From Acidobacteriota bacterium (GTDB lineage Bacteria > Acidobacteriota > UBA6911 > RPQK01 > JAJDTT01): a stretch of DNA of 64,000 nucleotides. The notes under the pieces are model-generated. The model was not told where the DNA came from. It saw only the letters and a list, made by a program, of their open reading frames with translations, and ran no database searches. The translations under genes and the position numbers were made by a program. Shown in pieces: positions 19,048-28,582 of the stretch (the first letter of the stretch is position 1; each line of letters begins with the position of its first letter). Location of the stretch: NCBI GenBank assembly GCA_965209055.1, contig OZ242374.1:5056001-5120000 (forward strand), written 5' to 3'.

Positions 19048-20262
19048 TCACGGGCTCGGGCCGGTTACCCGGACCTTGGCGCCCTCGTTCAACTGACCGT
19101 GGCCGGCGACCACGAGGGAGTCGCCGGGGACGACGCCCTCCAGGACCTCGACGGCCTGGTCCCGCTGATAGCCCAATCGGACCGGACGGCGGTGGGCGAG
19201 ACCATCCCGGACCAGGAAGACGAAGCTCTGGCCGTCCTGCTCCCGGAGCGCCCTCCTGGGGATGATGGTGGCGTTCTCGCGAGTGTCGGTGCGGATGTCG
19301 ACCCGGACGAAGGCTCCCGGCCTGAAGAGGGCATTGGTCGAAACCAGCTCCACGGTGACCTTGACGGTTCCGGTGGACTCGTCCACCACGGGACTGATTC
19401 GGATCACCCGTCCCTCGATGGACTCCGCCCCGCCGGCGTCGAAACCGATGGAGGCCACCTGTCCGGGACGGACCAGGCGGACGTCGCGCTCGGCGACGTG
19501 CACGTCCGCGTAGAGCGGAGAAAACGCGCCCAGACGGAAGAGCGAATCCGCTCCCCGGATCGTTTGGCCCAGTTCAACGGTCCGCTGGGTGATGCGGCCG
19601 GAGAAGGGGGCGCGAATCTCGCTGCGGGAGATCTCCAGCTTGACCTGCTCGATTTCGGCTTCCAGCTCGCTGACCCGGTGGGTGAACTCCCGGACTTCGG
19701 AAGCGGCGGCGCGCTCGTCGTGCTCCAATTCGGCGATCTGGTAGCGAAGCGTGGCCACCTCCTCTTCGCTGACCAGGTCATCGGCAAAGGCCCGCTCCTT
19801 CCGGTCCAATTCCAAGGCGGTGTTCTTGATCTGAACCTGGGCCTTCTGTCCCCGGATCCGGGCCTTTTCCAACTGGATTCGGGTCTGGGCCAGCTTCTCC
19901 TCGGTGAGCCGGAGGCGGATCACCAGCTCCCGGTCGTCCAGGACGCACAGGAGCTGTCCCTCTTGGACATAATCTCCCTCTTCGGCCAGGACGCTGCGCA
20001 CGGTGCCTTCCGCCTGGGCCATGAGCTCCACTTCCCGCAGGGCCCTCAGGTTGGACGTCGAGGTCAGGTACGAGGAGATGGCGCCTTGACGGACCTGGTC
20101 CAGCTCGACCGGGATCGCTCCGTCCTCCGGTTTCTCTTCCTGGGAGGCGTCCGCGGACGGATCTTCGGAGTCTGTGTCCAGGTAGGGAGATCCAAAGTGC
20201 CAGGCGGCGGCCAGAATCGCCACGACGATCAGGAAACCGTAAACCTTCAGTCGGATCTTCAT
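19048..20262 (-). CDS. RND periplasmic adaptor (membrane fusion protein)
   Basis: N-terminal TM, lipoyl/hairpin halves (EEGDYV..GQ; IRAPFSG), SPVVD..TGT. Confidence 0.9.
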   Translation of the reverse strand: MKIRLKVYGFLIVVAILAAAWHFGSPYLDTDSEDPSADASQEEKPEDGAIPVELDQVRQGAISSYLTSTSNLRALREVELMAQAEGTVRSVLAEEGDYVQEGQLLCVLDDRELVIRLRLTEEKLAQTRIQLEKARIRGQKAQVQIKNTALELDRKERAFADDLVSEEEVATLRYQIAELEHDERAAASEVREFTHRVSELEAEIEQVKLEISRSEIRAPFSGRITQRTVELGQTIRGADSLFRLGAFSPLYADVHVAERDVRLVRPGQVASIGFDAGGAESIEGRVIRISPVVDESTGTVKVTVELVSTNALFRPGAFVRVDIRTDTRENATIIPRRALREQDGQSFVFLVRDGLAHRRPVRLGYQRDQAVEVLEGVVPGDSLVVAGHGQLNEGAKVRVTGPSP

Positions 20263-20411
20263 TGCGGACCACTGGAGGAGCCACCCGGAACTGATGAATT
20301 CCAAACCGGGGCGGCACCTCGGCGTTCAACATACTATACGACAGGCTGGGCCTGTTCGTTCCGTCGGTAGATGGTACGATCGCGCCCAAGTCCCCCGATG
20401 AGGAGGCCTCC

Positions 20412-22052
20412 ATGATGGTTCCGTTTCCCCGACCCGCGCTGGCGATGAGCGTCCTTTTGCCGGCAATCCTGCTGCAGTTGACTCCGGCCCGGGCGCACGA
20501 GATCACCCGCGCCGCCTTTCTCAAGCGGCACAACGTCGCCGCGCTGGCCCGTCCGGTGGGATTCGGGGCCTTGTCCGGTCACGAAGTCTGCCGCTTGAAG
20601 GTAGCCCTGACGGAGGAAGGAACCGGGGCCGGGCTCGCCGGGTTGATCCGGGTCACTCCCGAAGGCAGCGAGGAGGCGCTGGAGCTGCCGGGGCTCTTTC
20701 ACCGGTCCCGGGGCTGGCACACGCTGCCTCCGTCCGCCGAGCTCGCGGTTCCCCGGACCCGTCTCCGGATCGAGGCGCTGCACGGACTGGAGACGGAGAA
20801 GACGACAACGACCCTGGACCTTTCGGGAAGAGACCGGGCGGAGATCCGGTTGCCCCTGCGCCGCATCTATGACCCGCGGGCCAGAGGGCTGAAGTCCGGG
20901 AATACCCATCTCCACCTCGCGAGAATCACCTTCCGGGACGCCGAGCGCTACTTGCGGGAGGTGCCCCTGGGGGACGGACTGGACCTCCTGTTCGTCTCCT
21001 ACCTGCGGAGAATGCCGGACGAGGCCCGCTATACGACCAACGGGTTCACCCGGGCGGATCTCGACAGGCTCTCGGGTGGCGGAATCGACTTCGGATGGGG
21101 CCAGGAGCACCGCCACAACTTCGGCTCGGGGGAGCAGGGTTACGGTCACGTGATGCTCCTGAACCTGCTCAAGCTGATCCGGCCGGTGAGCATCGGCCCC
21201 GGCATCATGGGCGCGGGCAACGACGGACGCCCCCTGCAGACGGGGATTCGGGAGGCCCGGACGGACGGCGGCACCGTCATCTGGTGTCACAACGCCTTCG
21301 GTCACGAGGACCTTCCCAACTGGATGGCGGGCTTGGTGGACGCCCAGAACATCTTCGACGGGGGCTCCAGGGGGCACTACTCCGAGACCTTCTACCGCTA
21401 CCTGAACCTGGGCTTGAAGGTCCCCTTCTCGACCGGAACAGACTGGTTCATCTACGACTTCGCCCGAGTCTACGTCCCGCTGGAGGGACCGGTCACGGAG
21501 CGGGAATGGCTGGAGGTCCTCTCCCAGGGGCGCTCCTACATCACCAACGGCCCGTTTCTGGAGTTGGAAGCCGGGGGACGGCAGCCCGGCGGCACGATCT
21601 CCGTTTCCGGAAAAAAGACGGTGCGGGTCCGGGGCCGGGGTGTGGGCCGCATGGACTTCAAGGCCCTGGAACTGATCGTCAACGGGCGTGTCGTCCATTC
21701 CGTTTCGAGCCGTCCGTCGGAAGGTCATTTCGTGGCCGACCTGGACTTCCCTCTCCAGGTTTCCGATCCGGGATGGATGGCTCTGCGCATTCCTCCGAAC
21801 CTGCCCGAGAACGAGCTGGCCCGGTCCCTGTTCGCACACACCAGCCCCATCTATCTCCAGCAGAACGGCCGGTCCATCTTCCGGCCCGAGGTCGCCCGGG
21901 AGGTGTTGGCGGAGATGGAGGAGAGCGTGGCGAAGATTCATTCGCTGGGGTCATTCTCCAGTTCCCGGGACCGGGAATCGGTGCTTCGCGTCTACCGGGA
22001 GGGGATCCGGATCCTGAGCCGGCGGCTGGCGGATCGGAAGGGCGATTTCTAA
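20412..22052 (+). CDS. CehA/McbA-type PHP-like metallohydrolase, secreted
   Basis: Signal peptide, GNTHLH, GHV, WCHN, Y.YLN.G.....STGTD, GRSYITNGP, AHTSPIY. Confidence 0.75.
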   Translation: MMVPFPRPALAMSVLLPAILLQLTPARAHEITRAAFLKRHNVAALARPVGFGALSGHEVCRLKVALTEEGTGAGLAGLIRVTPEGSEEALELPGLFHRSRGWHTLPPSAELAVPRTRLRIEALHGLETEKTTTTLDLSGRDRAEIRLPLRRIYDPRARGLKSGNTHLHLARITFRDAERYLREVPLGDGLDLLFVSYLRRMPDEARYTTNGFTRADLDRLSGGGIDFGWGQEHRHNFGSGEQGYGHVMLLNLLKLIRPVSIGPGIMGAGNDGRPLQTGIREARTDGGTVIWCHNAFGHEDLPNWMAGLVDAQNIFDGGSRGHYSETFYRYLNLGLKVPFSTGTDWFIYDFARVYVPLEGPVTEREWLEVLSQGRSYITNGPFLELEAGGRQPGGTISVSGKKTVRVRGRGVGRMDFKALELIVNGRVVHSVSSRPSEGHFVADLDFPLQVSDPGWMALRIPPNLPENELARSLFAHTSPIYLQQNGRSIFRPEVAREVLAEMEESVAKIHSLGSFSSSRDRESVLRVYREGIRILSRRLADRKGDF

Positions 22053-22130
22053 TCGCCCCCTCGGCGTATTCGCGCGCGCTTCGTTCGCTTACGCTCACTC
22101 TGGAGGACGGCGGTTAGAAACCGCCGTTCC
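22036..22130. repeat. REP-like doublet (REPIN-like), copy A
   Basis: Inverted units GGAAGGGCGATTTCTAATCGCC (22036-22057) and GGCGGTTAGAAACCGCCGTTCC (22109-22130). Confidence 0.6.
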
Positions 22131-22180
22131 AACCGTCGCTCCATTTGAGATTTGGGATTTTCCCCCTATGATGGTGCGTC

Positions 22181-22930
22181 GTGACTGATCCGTGGCTGTA
22201 TCCCTTGCTGGTCCTGGCCGGTATCGTTGCCGGCGCCCTGAACGTCATCGCCGGGGGAGGCTCCTTCCTGACGTTGCCCATTCTGATCTTCATGGGGCTT
22301 CCGGCCAGCGTCGCCAACGGCACCAACCGGGTGGGCATCTTCTTCCAGAACGTGGGCGCCGTCTGGGGATTCCACCGCAACCGGCTGATGGACTGGAAGT
22401 CCATCCTCTGGGCGGCTCTTCCGGCCAGCCTGGGAGCCGTTGCGGGCACCGTCCTCGCCCTCTCCATCGGCGACGCCGCCTTTCGGAGGGTGCTGGCCTT
22501 CCTGATGATCGCCGTGACCCTGTGGACGCTCTGGGACCCCCTGGGGAAAAAGGGCGAAGAGAGCCGCGGGAGGGGCGTTCGCCTGCCGGCTCTGGCGTTC
22601 GGTTTCTTCCTGACGGGCGTTTACGGAGGTTTCGTCCAGGCCGGAGTCGGGTTCCTGGTATTGGCCGCGACGACCATGGCCGGGCTGGACCTGGTCCGGG
22701 GGAACGCCGTCAAGGTGTTGAGCATCCTGGCTTTCACCGTCGTCTCTCTCGCCATTTTCGTCTCTCAGGGCAAGGTCTTGTGGCTTCCCGGGCTGGTTCT
22801 GGCCGTGGGGACGTTCGTGGGAGGGCAACTGGGAGTCCGGTTCACCGTGCTGAAGGGCCACGCCTGGGTCAAACGCGTGGTGACGGCGACGATCGTCGTC
22901 TTCGCAGTCAAGCTGTGGGTGACCGGTTGA
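22181..22930 (+). CDS. TauE/SafE sulfite exporter family membrane protein
   Basis: AGGGSFLTLP, ANGTNR, YGGF.QAG.G. Confidence 0.88.
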   Translation: MTDPWLYPLLVLAGIVAGALNVIAGGGSFLTLPILIFMGLPASVANGTNRVGIFFQNVGAVWGFHRNRLMDWKSILWAALPASLGAVAGTVLALSIGDAAFRRVLAFLMIAVTLWTLWDPLGKKGEESRGRGVRLPALAFGFFLTGVYGGFVQAGVGFLVLAATTMAGLDLVRGNAVKVLSILAFTVVSLAIFVSQGKVLWLPGLVLAVGTFVGGQLGVRFTVLKGHAWVKRVVTATIVVFAVKLWVTG

Positions 22931-22979
22931 CCGGTATTCGATCCACCCGAATCCCAACCCATTTGACGGAGGTCTGCTC

Positions 22980-24470
22980 TTGAAGAGAGTCGGGATCGCG
23001 TCCTTGATGCATGAATCCAATACCTTCTATCCGGTGCCCACCACCCGGGAGATGTTCCGGGAGACCTGCCTGGTGTCGGGCCGGGAGGTCATCTCCCACT
23101 GGGGCGAGGCGCATCACGAGATTGGAGGCATGCTGGAGGTGCTTCCGGCTCAGGGTCTGGAGACGGTCCCCCTTCTCACCGGCACGGCCATGCCCTCGGG
23201 GCCGGTCCAGGAGGAAGCTTACGAGGAGATCCTGGCGGAGATCCTGGACCGGATCTCGGGCGAGTCCCTGGACGGACTTCTGCTGGCCCTGCACGGGGCC
23301 ATGGTGGCCGAGCACGTCCGGGACGCCGACGGGCGGACCGCCGCCAGTATCCGGCAACTGGTGGGCCCCGATCTGCCCATCGTCATGACGCTGGACCTCC
23401 ATGCCAACGTTTCTCCGCTCATGATCGAGAGCGTCACCGCCACCACCATCTATCGGACCTACCCGCATCTGGATCAGAGGGAACGGGGCCGGGAGGCCGC
23501 CCGCATCCTGGCGGAGACGCTGGAGGGCAGGATCCAACCCGTCCAGGCCCTGGTCAAACCTCCCCTCTGCATCAGCATCCTGGCTCAAGGGTCCCGCTAC
23601 GAGCCCGTAGCGGATCTTTACCGGCGAATGGAGGAATTGATCGGGCAGGAGGGGATCGTCAGCGCCAGCATCGCTCCCGGATTCGCCTACGCCGACGTGG
23701 AGGAAATGGGGCCGGCCTTTCTGGTGGTAACCGACGGCGATCGGTCGCTGGCCCGCAACGAGGCGTTGGCCCTGGCGCGCCGGGCCTGGAACCGTCGGGA
23801 CGAGCTGACCCTGCTGGGGACTCCCATCAAGCAGGCCGTTGCAGAAGCGATGGCCGCCGAAGCAGGCCCCGTCACGCTACTGGACGTGGGCGACAACGTG
23901 GGCGGCGGCAGCCCGGCCGACGGCACCCTGATCCTGGAGGAAGTGATTCGGACCGGGTCCGGGCCCGCACTGGTGGTGCTGTTCGACCCGGCTGCCGTAC
24001 AGGCCTGCGTGGCCTCCGGTGTGGGAACGGAAGTGTCGCTCGTGGTGGGCGGGAAGAGCGACGACCTGCACGGCCCGCCCATCCCCATCCGGGGACGGGT
24101 CCGTTGCCTGCACGACGGCGCCTTCGTGGAGGAAGAGCCCCGCCACGGCGGCGCCCGTTACAACAATCAGGGGCTCACCGCGCTGGTGGAGACCGGGGAA
24201 GGTCACGCCATCGTTCTGAATTCGCTCAGAATGGCGCCCATGAGCCTGGAGCAGGTCTTGAGCCTGGGCATCAAGCCGAATTCCTACCGGATCCTGGTGG
24301 CCAAGGGGGCCATCGCTCCGGTGGCGGCCTACGAGCCGGTTTCCAGCCGGATGGTCTACGTGGACACGCCCGGGATCACCTCCGCCAACCCGGCTCACTT
24401 CGAATACCGCTACCGTCCCCGCCCCCTCTACCCGTTCGAGCCGGAGACGGTCTGGGACGCTTCCCAGTGA
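22980..24470 (+). CDS. M81 (MlrC-like) metallopeptidase
   Basis: HESNTF, LHGAM, LDLHAN, YPH.D, GDN.GGG..DGT. Confidence 0.9.
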   Translation: MKRVGIASLMHESNTFYPVPTTREMFRETCLVSGREVISHWGEAHHEIGGMLEVLPAQGLETVPLLTGTAMPSGPVQEEAYEEILAEILDRISGESLDGLLLALHGAMVAEHVRDADGRTAASIRQLVGPDLPIVMTLDLHANVSPLMIESVTATTIYRTYPHLDQRERGREAARILAETLEGRIQPVQALVKPPLCISILAQGSRYEPVADLYRRMEELIGQEGIVSASIAPGFAYADVEEMGPAFLVVTDGDRSLARNEALALARRAWNRRDELTLLGTPIKQAVAEAMAAEAGPVTLLDVGDNVGGGSPADGTLILEEVIRTGSGPALVVLFDPAAVQACVASGVGTEVSLVVGGKSDDLHGPPIPIRGRVRCLHDGAFVEEEPRHGGARYNNQGLTALVETGEGHAIVLNSLRMAPMSLEQVLSLGIKPNSYRILVAKGAIAPVAAYEPVSSRMVYVDTPGITSANPAHFEYRYRPRPLYPFEPETVWDASQ

Positions 24471-24536
24471 TCTCCGCGCCGGCTTGCCGACCAGCGACCG
24501 ATAGTCGTAGTAGACTGCCCCGGTGGAAAACGTATG

Positions 24537-24618
24537 GGAGCGGCGTTTTCAACCGCCGAATTCTCGTAGTCCAAGGAGGAATGGGCGATTGGCAGTCGTC
24601 CCTCCTTTTTTCTTAGGA
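24537..24618. repeat. REP-like doublet (REPIN-like), copy B, degenerate
   Basis: GGAGCGGCGTTTTCAACCGCCGAA...TGGGCGATTGGCAGTCGTCCCTCCTTT resembles the reverse complement of the 46824-46908 element. Confidence 0.55.
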
Positions 24619-24626
24619 GAACAGGA

Positions 24627-25556
24627 ATGCTGACAAGAGAGAACATGGACGGTCTTTACATTCTCGTGGTCACTCCCTTCGACGACAGGTTTCATCTCGA
24701 TACGGAAGGATATCGGTACAACATCCGGAAGCTGGTCCGCATGGGAGTGGACGGCATCATCACCACCGGGACCAACGGCGAGTTCTTCGTGGTCAACGAC
24801 GAGGAACTGCGCACCATCAGCCGGATCACGGTGGAGGAATGCCAGGGAAGCGGGACCAGGGTCGTCGTGGGAGCCAGCGCCGTCAATACCGAGGAATCGA
24901 TCCGGCGCTCCCGCATCGCCATGGAGGAAGGGGCGGAAGGGGTCATGAACGTCGTCCCCTTCTACCAGACCCTGACCAAGGCCGAAGCCTACCAGTACTT
25001 CCGGGATCTCGCGGAAGCCTGCCCCGGCCTGGGCATCATCATCTACAACAACCCCGGCACCACCAAGCTGCTGCTCAACGACTCGGACTTCGTGGAACTC
25101 CAGGGGATTCCCACCGTGGCCGGCGTGAAGATGATCGGCGCCGACATGAGTCTCTATTTCAACAGCCTGAGGCGTACCGAGATCCCCCACTTCCCTCTGG
25201 AGCAGCTCTGGAGCGTGAGCCACGTTGTGGGGGGCAACGGAGTCATGGCCAGTTTCATCTACGCCTTCCCCGCCTTCATGCAGAGGTGGTGGAAGGCGAT
25301 CCGCGGCGGGGACGTGGCCCAGGCCCTGGCTTACCAGCACCAGTGCAACGAGATCTTGCAGGAAGCCATCATTCCCCTGGCGGGCGAGGGCTACAACGAC
25401 ACTTCTCTCACCAAGGCCACGGTGAACGCCGCCGGCTACTTCAAGGCGGGGCCGCCCCGTCCACCGTCGGAAGCGGCGCCGCCCGAAAGGATCGAACGGC
25501 TTCGCGAGACGCTGGAGAAAAAGTTCTCGCACTTTCTGGAGGACGAGATCCGCTGA
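24627..25556 (+). CDS. DapA/NAL family class I aldolase
   Basis: TPFD, GTNGEF, IYNNP, GVK. Confidence 0.85.
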   Translation: MLTRENMDGLYILVVTPFDDRFHLDTEGYRYNIRKLVRMGVDGIITTGTNGEFFVVNDEELRTISRITVEECQGSGTRVVVGASAVNTEESIRRSRIAMEEGAEGVMNVVPFYQTLTKAEAYQYFRDLAEACPGLGIIIYNNPGTTKLLLNDSDFVELQGIPTVAGVKMIGADMSLYFNSLRRTEIPHFPLEQLWSVSHVVGGNGVMASFIYAFPAFMQRWWKAIRGGDVAQALAYQHQCNEILQEAIIPLAGEGYNDTSLTKATVNAAGYFKAGPPRPPSEAAPPERIERLRETLEKKFSHFLEDEIR

Positions 25557-25596
25557 TTGCGGCCGAGTTGCTCCCGCCAACGGAATCGAGGAGACC

Positions 25597-26517
25597 ATGA
25601 ATCAGCTTCGAGGCACGCTCAAAGGGGTGGTGACCGCGCTGGGGACACCGCTGGACCGGAACGAGGACCTTCACGAGGAGGGCATGAGGAAGCAGATCCG
25701 AATGCAGTTGGCCGCCGGCGTGGACGGCCTCCTGGTGCTGGGGTCCATGGGCTGCATGCAGATGCTCAAGGACGAGGTCTTCACGGAAGCCGTGGAGGTG
25801 GCCATCGACGAGGTCAGGGGCGCCGTGCCCGTCATCGTGGGCTGCGGCGACACCAGCACGGAGCGGACTCTGGCGCGAATCCGGCTTGCCGAGAACTATC
25901 CCCTGGCCGGGGTGGCCCTGATTCCCCCCTTCATCTTCCGCTTCAGCCAGGCCGAGCTCCACGAATACTTCACCGGCGTGGCCTCCCGGACCAGCCTCCC
26001 GGTCTATCCCTACGACAATCCGGCGCTGACGGGCCATTCGCTGGAAGCTGAACTGGTCCGGGAGTTGGCCAGGCATCCCAACATCGTGGGGTTGAAGGCG
26101 TCCGGCGACTTCCTCACCTTCCGCCGTTCCGCGGAGCATTTCCGGGGATCGGAGTTCGCGGTCCTCTCGGGACACACCACTTTCTTCGACCTGGCTCTAA
26201 AACTGGGCGCTGTTGGAATCATCGAAGGGCTCTTCGCACTGGCGCCCGAGTATGGTGTCGAGATCTACCGAACCTTTCGGGAGGGAAATCCGGAAGGGTC
26301 CGCCGCGGCGCAGAGGAAGCTCCTGCGTTTGAGGGAGGTCGTGGCGTACGACTCGGTGTTCGCCGGCTTCACCTCCGCCATGAACCTGAGGGGGGTCCCC
26401 GGGAACTTCACTCCCCTTCCCTTCGCTCAGCCGACACAGCGGGGCCGCGAGCAGGTGGAGAAGGTGTTGCGGGACCTCGACCTTCTCAACCAGGGGGAGT
26501 CGGCGGGCAGCGCCTGA
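25597..26517 (+). CDS. DapA/NAL family class I aldolase
   Basis: LGSMG, YDNP, NIVGLKAS. Confidence 0.85.
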   Translation: MNQLRGTLKGVVTALGTPLDRNEDLHEEGMRKQIRMQLAAGVDGLLVLGSMGCMQMLKDEVFTEAVEVAIDEVRGAVPVIVGCGDTSTERTLARIRLAENYPLAGVALIPPFIFRFSQAELHEYFTGVASRTSLPVYPYDNPALTGHSLEAELVRELARHPNIVGLKASGDFLTFRRSAEHFRGSEFAVLSGHTTFFDLALKLGAVGIIEGLFALAPEYGVEIYRTFREGNPEGSAAAQRKLLRLREVVAYDSVFAGFTSAMNLRGVPGNFTPLPFAQPTQRGREQVEKVLRDLDLLNQGESAGSA

Positions 26518-26541
26518 TTGCGGCCCACAGCGGGCGGAAGT

Positions 26542-27303
26542 TTACCCTCGTACGGCTGAGAGGAAGGCCGAGGCCTGGGCCCGGACCATGCCGGTGGCCT
26601 CCCCGAACGACAGGAAGTGAAATCCCCGGTCGATCCAGAAACGGCCCTGCTCCAGCGTCCCCACCACCATACCGCAAGGCTTCCCTGCGGCGCGCGCTCC
26701 CTCCAAGACACTGAGAATGGCGTCGACCACCACGGGATGGTCCCACTCCCCGCAGTGTCCCAGATTGAGGGAGAGATCATAGGGACCCAGCATCACGGCA
26801 TCGATCCAGTCGCGGTCGGCCAGGCCGGGAAGGGCCTCGATGCCCCGGGGAGTCTCCACCTGAAAACAGACGAAGAAGTCGTCCTCCACCTCCTGCCAGC
26901 CACTCAAATCGAGGCTTCGGGTGCGCATCACGGAGGGACCACCCGGCCCGCGGCGTCCCCGGGGCGGGACGAAGATGGCGCTCTTGACCGTCTCGAGCTG
27001 CTCCTCCCTCTCGGTCCAGGGAATCATGAATCCGGACGGACCCATGTCCGCGTAGCGGCGCAACAGGTGATAGACGCTGTCCTCGGGACGCAGGATGAGT
27101 GGCAGATCCAACAGGCGGGCGGTGCGGCACAGCTCTTCGGCCTTGGCCAGATCGGCGGCGCCATGCTCCATGTCCAGGAACACGAAGTCCATGCCCACCT
27201 GCTTGTAGATCTCCAGGTAGCCGGCCCAGAAGTCGAAGGTCATCAGGGTCCCCACCACCAACTCGCCCCGGGCCAGCTTCTGCTTCAGGGAAGCATTGAC
27301 CAT
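26542..27303 (-). CDS. HpcH/HpaI family aldolase
   Basis: FLDMEHG, PP.GRRG, QVET, GPYDLS. Confidence 0.88.
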   Translation of the reverse strand: MVNASLKQKLARGELVVGTLMTFDFWAGYLEIYKQVGMDFVFLDMEHGAADLAKAEELCRTARLLDLPLILRPEDSVYHLLRRYADMGPSGFMIPWTEREEQLETVKSAIFVPPRGRRGPGGPSVMRTRSLDLSGWQEVEDDFFVCFQVETPRGIEALPGLADRDWIDAVMLGPYDLSLNLGHCGEWDHPVVVDAILSVLEGARAAGKPCGMVVGTLEQGRFWIDRGFHFLSFGEATGMVRAQASAFLSAVRG

Positions 27304-27304
27304 G

Positions 27305-27640
27305 TCAGGAGTCCTTGTACTCGTCCCGCACCGGATAGAAGACCTCCACGACTTCCGAATCCGCCTGGACCTGGCAGCCGTGAAACTTGTAGGGATCGAA
27401 GACGTAGGAATCGCCCCCTTCGGCCAGGAAGGTATCCGACTCCTCCTTGCCCACGAACTTGAGGGATCCGCTCACCACGTATCCCACCTGGCTGGCCCGG
27501 TGATTGTGCAGGGGAATGGTGGCCCCTTTGGACATGGAAAAGTGGCAGAGCATGACCTCCTCGTTGTAGGCGAGCGTCTTGCGCAGAATGCCCGGAATAC
27601 TGTCGTTTCCCTGAACTCCAGCGACCGAATGCTTCTTCAT
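27305..27640 (-). CDS. Cupin domain protein (KdgF-like)
   Basis: PLHNH..Q.GYVVSG; HG...EVFYP.R.EY. Confidence 0.85.
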   Translation of the reverse strand: MKKHSVAGVQGNDSIPGILRKTLAYNEEVMLCHFSMSKGATIPLHNHRASQVGYVVSGSLKFVGKEESDTFLAEGGDSYVFDPYKFHGCQVQADSEVVEVFYPVRDEYKDS

Positions 27641-27733
27641 GAATCCTCCCTATTACTGTATTTTCGAGTGGTTAATCTGACGTCCGCCCCGGTGCGGGTC
27701 CAGTCTACACCGCCGGGCAGGCGGAGAGAGTCG

Positions 27734-28465
27734 TCAAGCATAGCCTTGAATCAAGGGCGTGATAACGATTTCGGGAACGCAGGCTCGCGGCGGAAGCCCG
27801 GCCACCAGCAGGGCGCAAGCCGCCACGTCCTCGGAGCGAAGGATCCGCTCCCGCCGCTCGCGGGGAAACTGCTCCGGGCGGACGTCCAGGATGGGCGTAT
27901 CCACCTCGCCGGGAATGATCACGGTGGAGCGGATCCCGTGGACCCCTTCCTCCAGGTTGGTGGAGTGGGTCAGTCCCACCATCCCGTGCTTGGAGGCCAC
28001 GTAGGCCACTCCCGCCACTTTGGCGGCCCGCTTCCCGGCAATGGAGGAGACATTGATGATGACGCCTCCTCCCAGCTCCTGCATGCCCGGCAGGACGGCG
28101 CGGATGCAATTGAAGGCGCCGGTCAGGTTGACTGCCACGACCAGGTCCCAATCCGAAGGATCGATCCGAGCCAGACTTCTCACGACGGTGTTGATCCCGG
28201 CATTGTTCACCAGCAGGTTCACGGGCCCCAATCGGTCCCGGATCCGCGCGAAAACGCCGTCGACCTGATCTCGTGACGAGACGTCGCAGGCACAGGTCAG
28301 GACCCGGTCTCCCGGCAACTGAGCCGCGACATCCAGAAGTTTCTCCTCGCGCCGCCCGAGCAGAGCCACCGCTGCGCCCTCACGGGCGAATGTCTCGGCC
28401 ACGGCCCGGCCGATGCCCGTACCCGCTCCCGTGACCACTGCTACCTGATTCTTCAGAACGCTCAT
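27734..28465 (-). CDS. SDR family oxidoreductase
   Basis: TGAGTGIG, NNAG, YxxSK. Confidence 0.92.
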   Translation of the reverse strand: MSVLKNQVAVVTGAGTGIGRAVAETFAREGAAVALLGRREEKLLDVAAQLPGDRVLTCACDVSSRDQVDGVFARIRDRLGPVNLLVNNAGINTVVRSLARIDPSDWDLVVAVNLTGAFNCIRAVLPGMQELGGGVIINVSSIAGKRAAKVAGVAYVASKHGMVGLTHSTNLEEGVHGIRSTVIIPGEVDTPILDVRPEQFPRERRERILRSEDVAACALLVAGLPPRACVPEIVITPLIQGYA

Positions 28466-28582
28466 CGACCGCCTCCCCGAATTGGCCCCGAGACCATCGC
28501 GTCTTGGCCAAAATACGTATTTCTCATGGTTTCTTCTTGCAGTCCTGTCATCCGCACCTTAACCTCGAAGTGGAGGATAACC

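Noticed and set aside
13025-19265. Very long + strand ORFs (864 and 1007 aa)
   Set aside because: Antisense shadows of the RND genes caused by high-GC codon bias; no recognisable motifs
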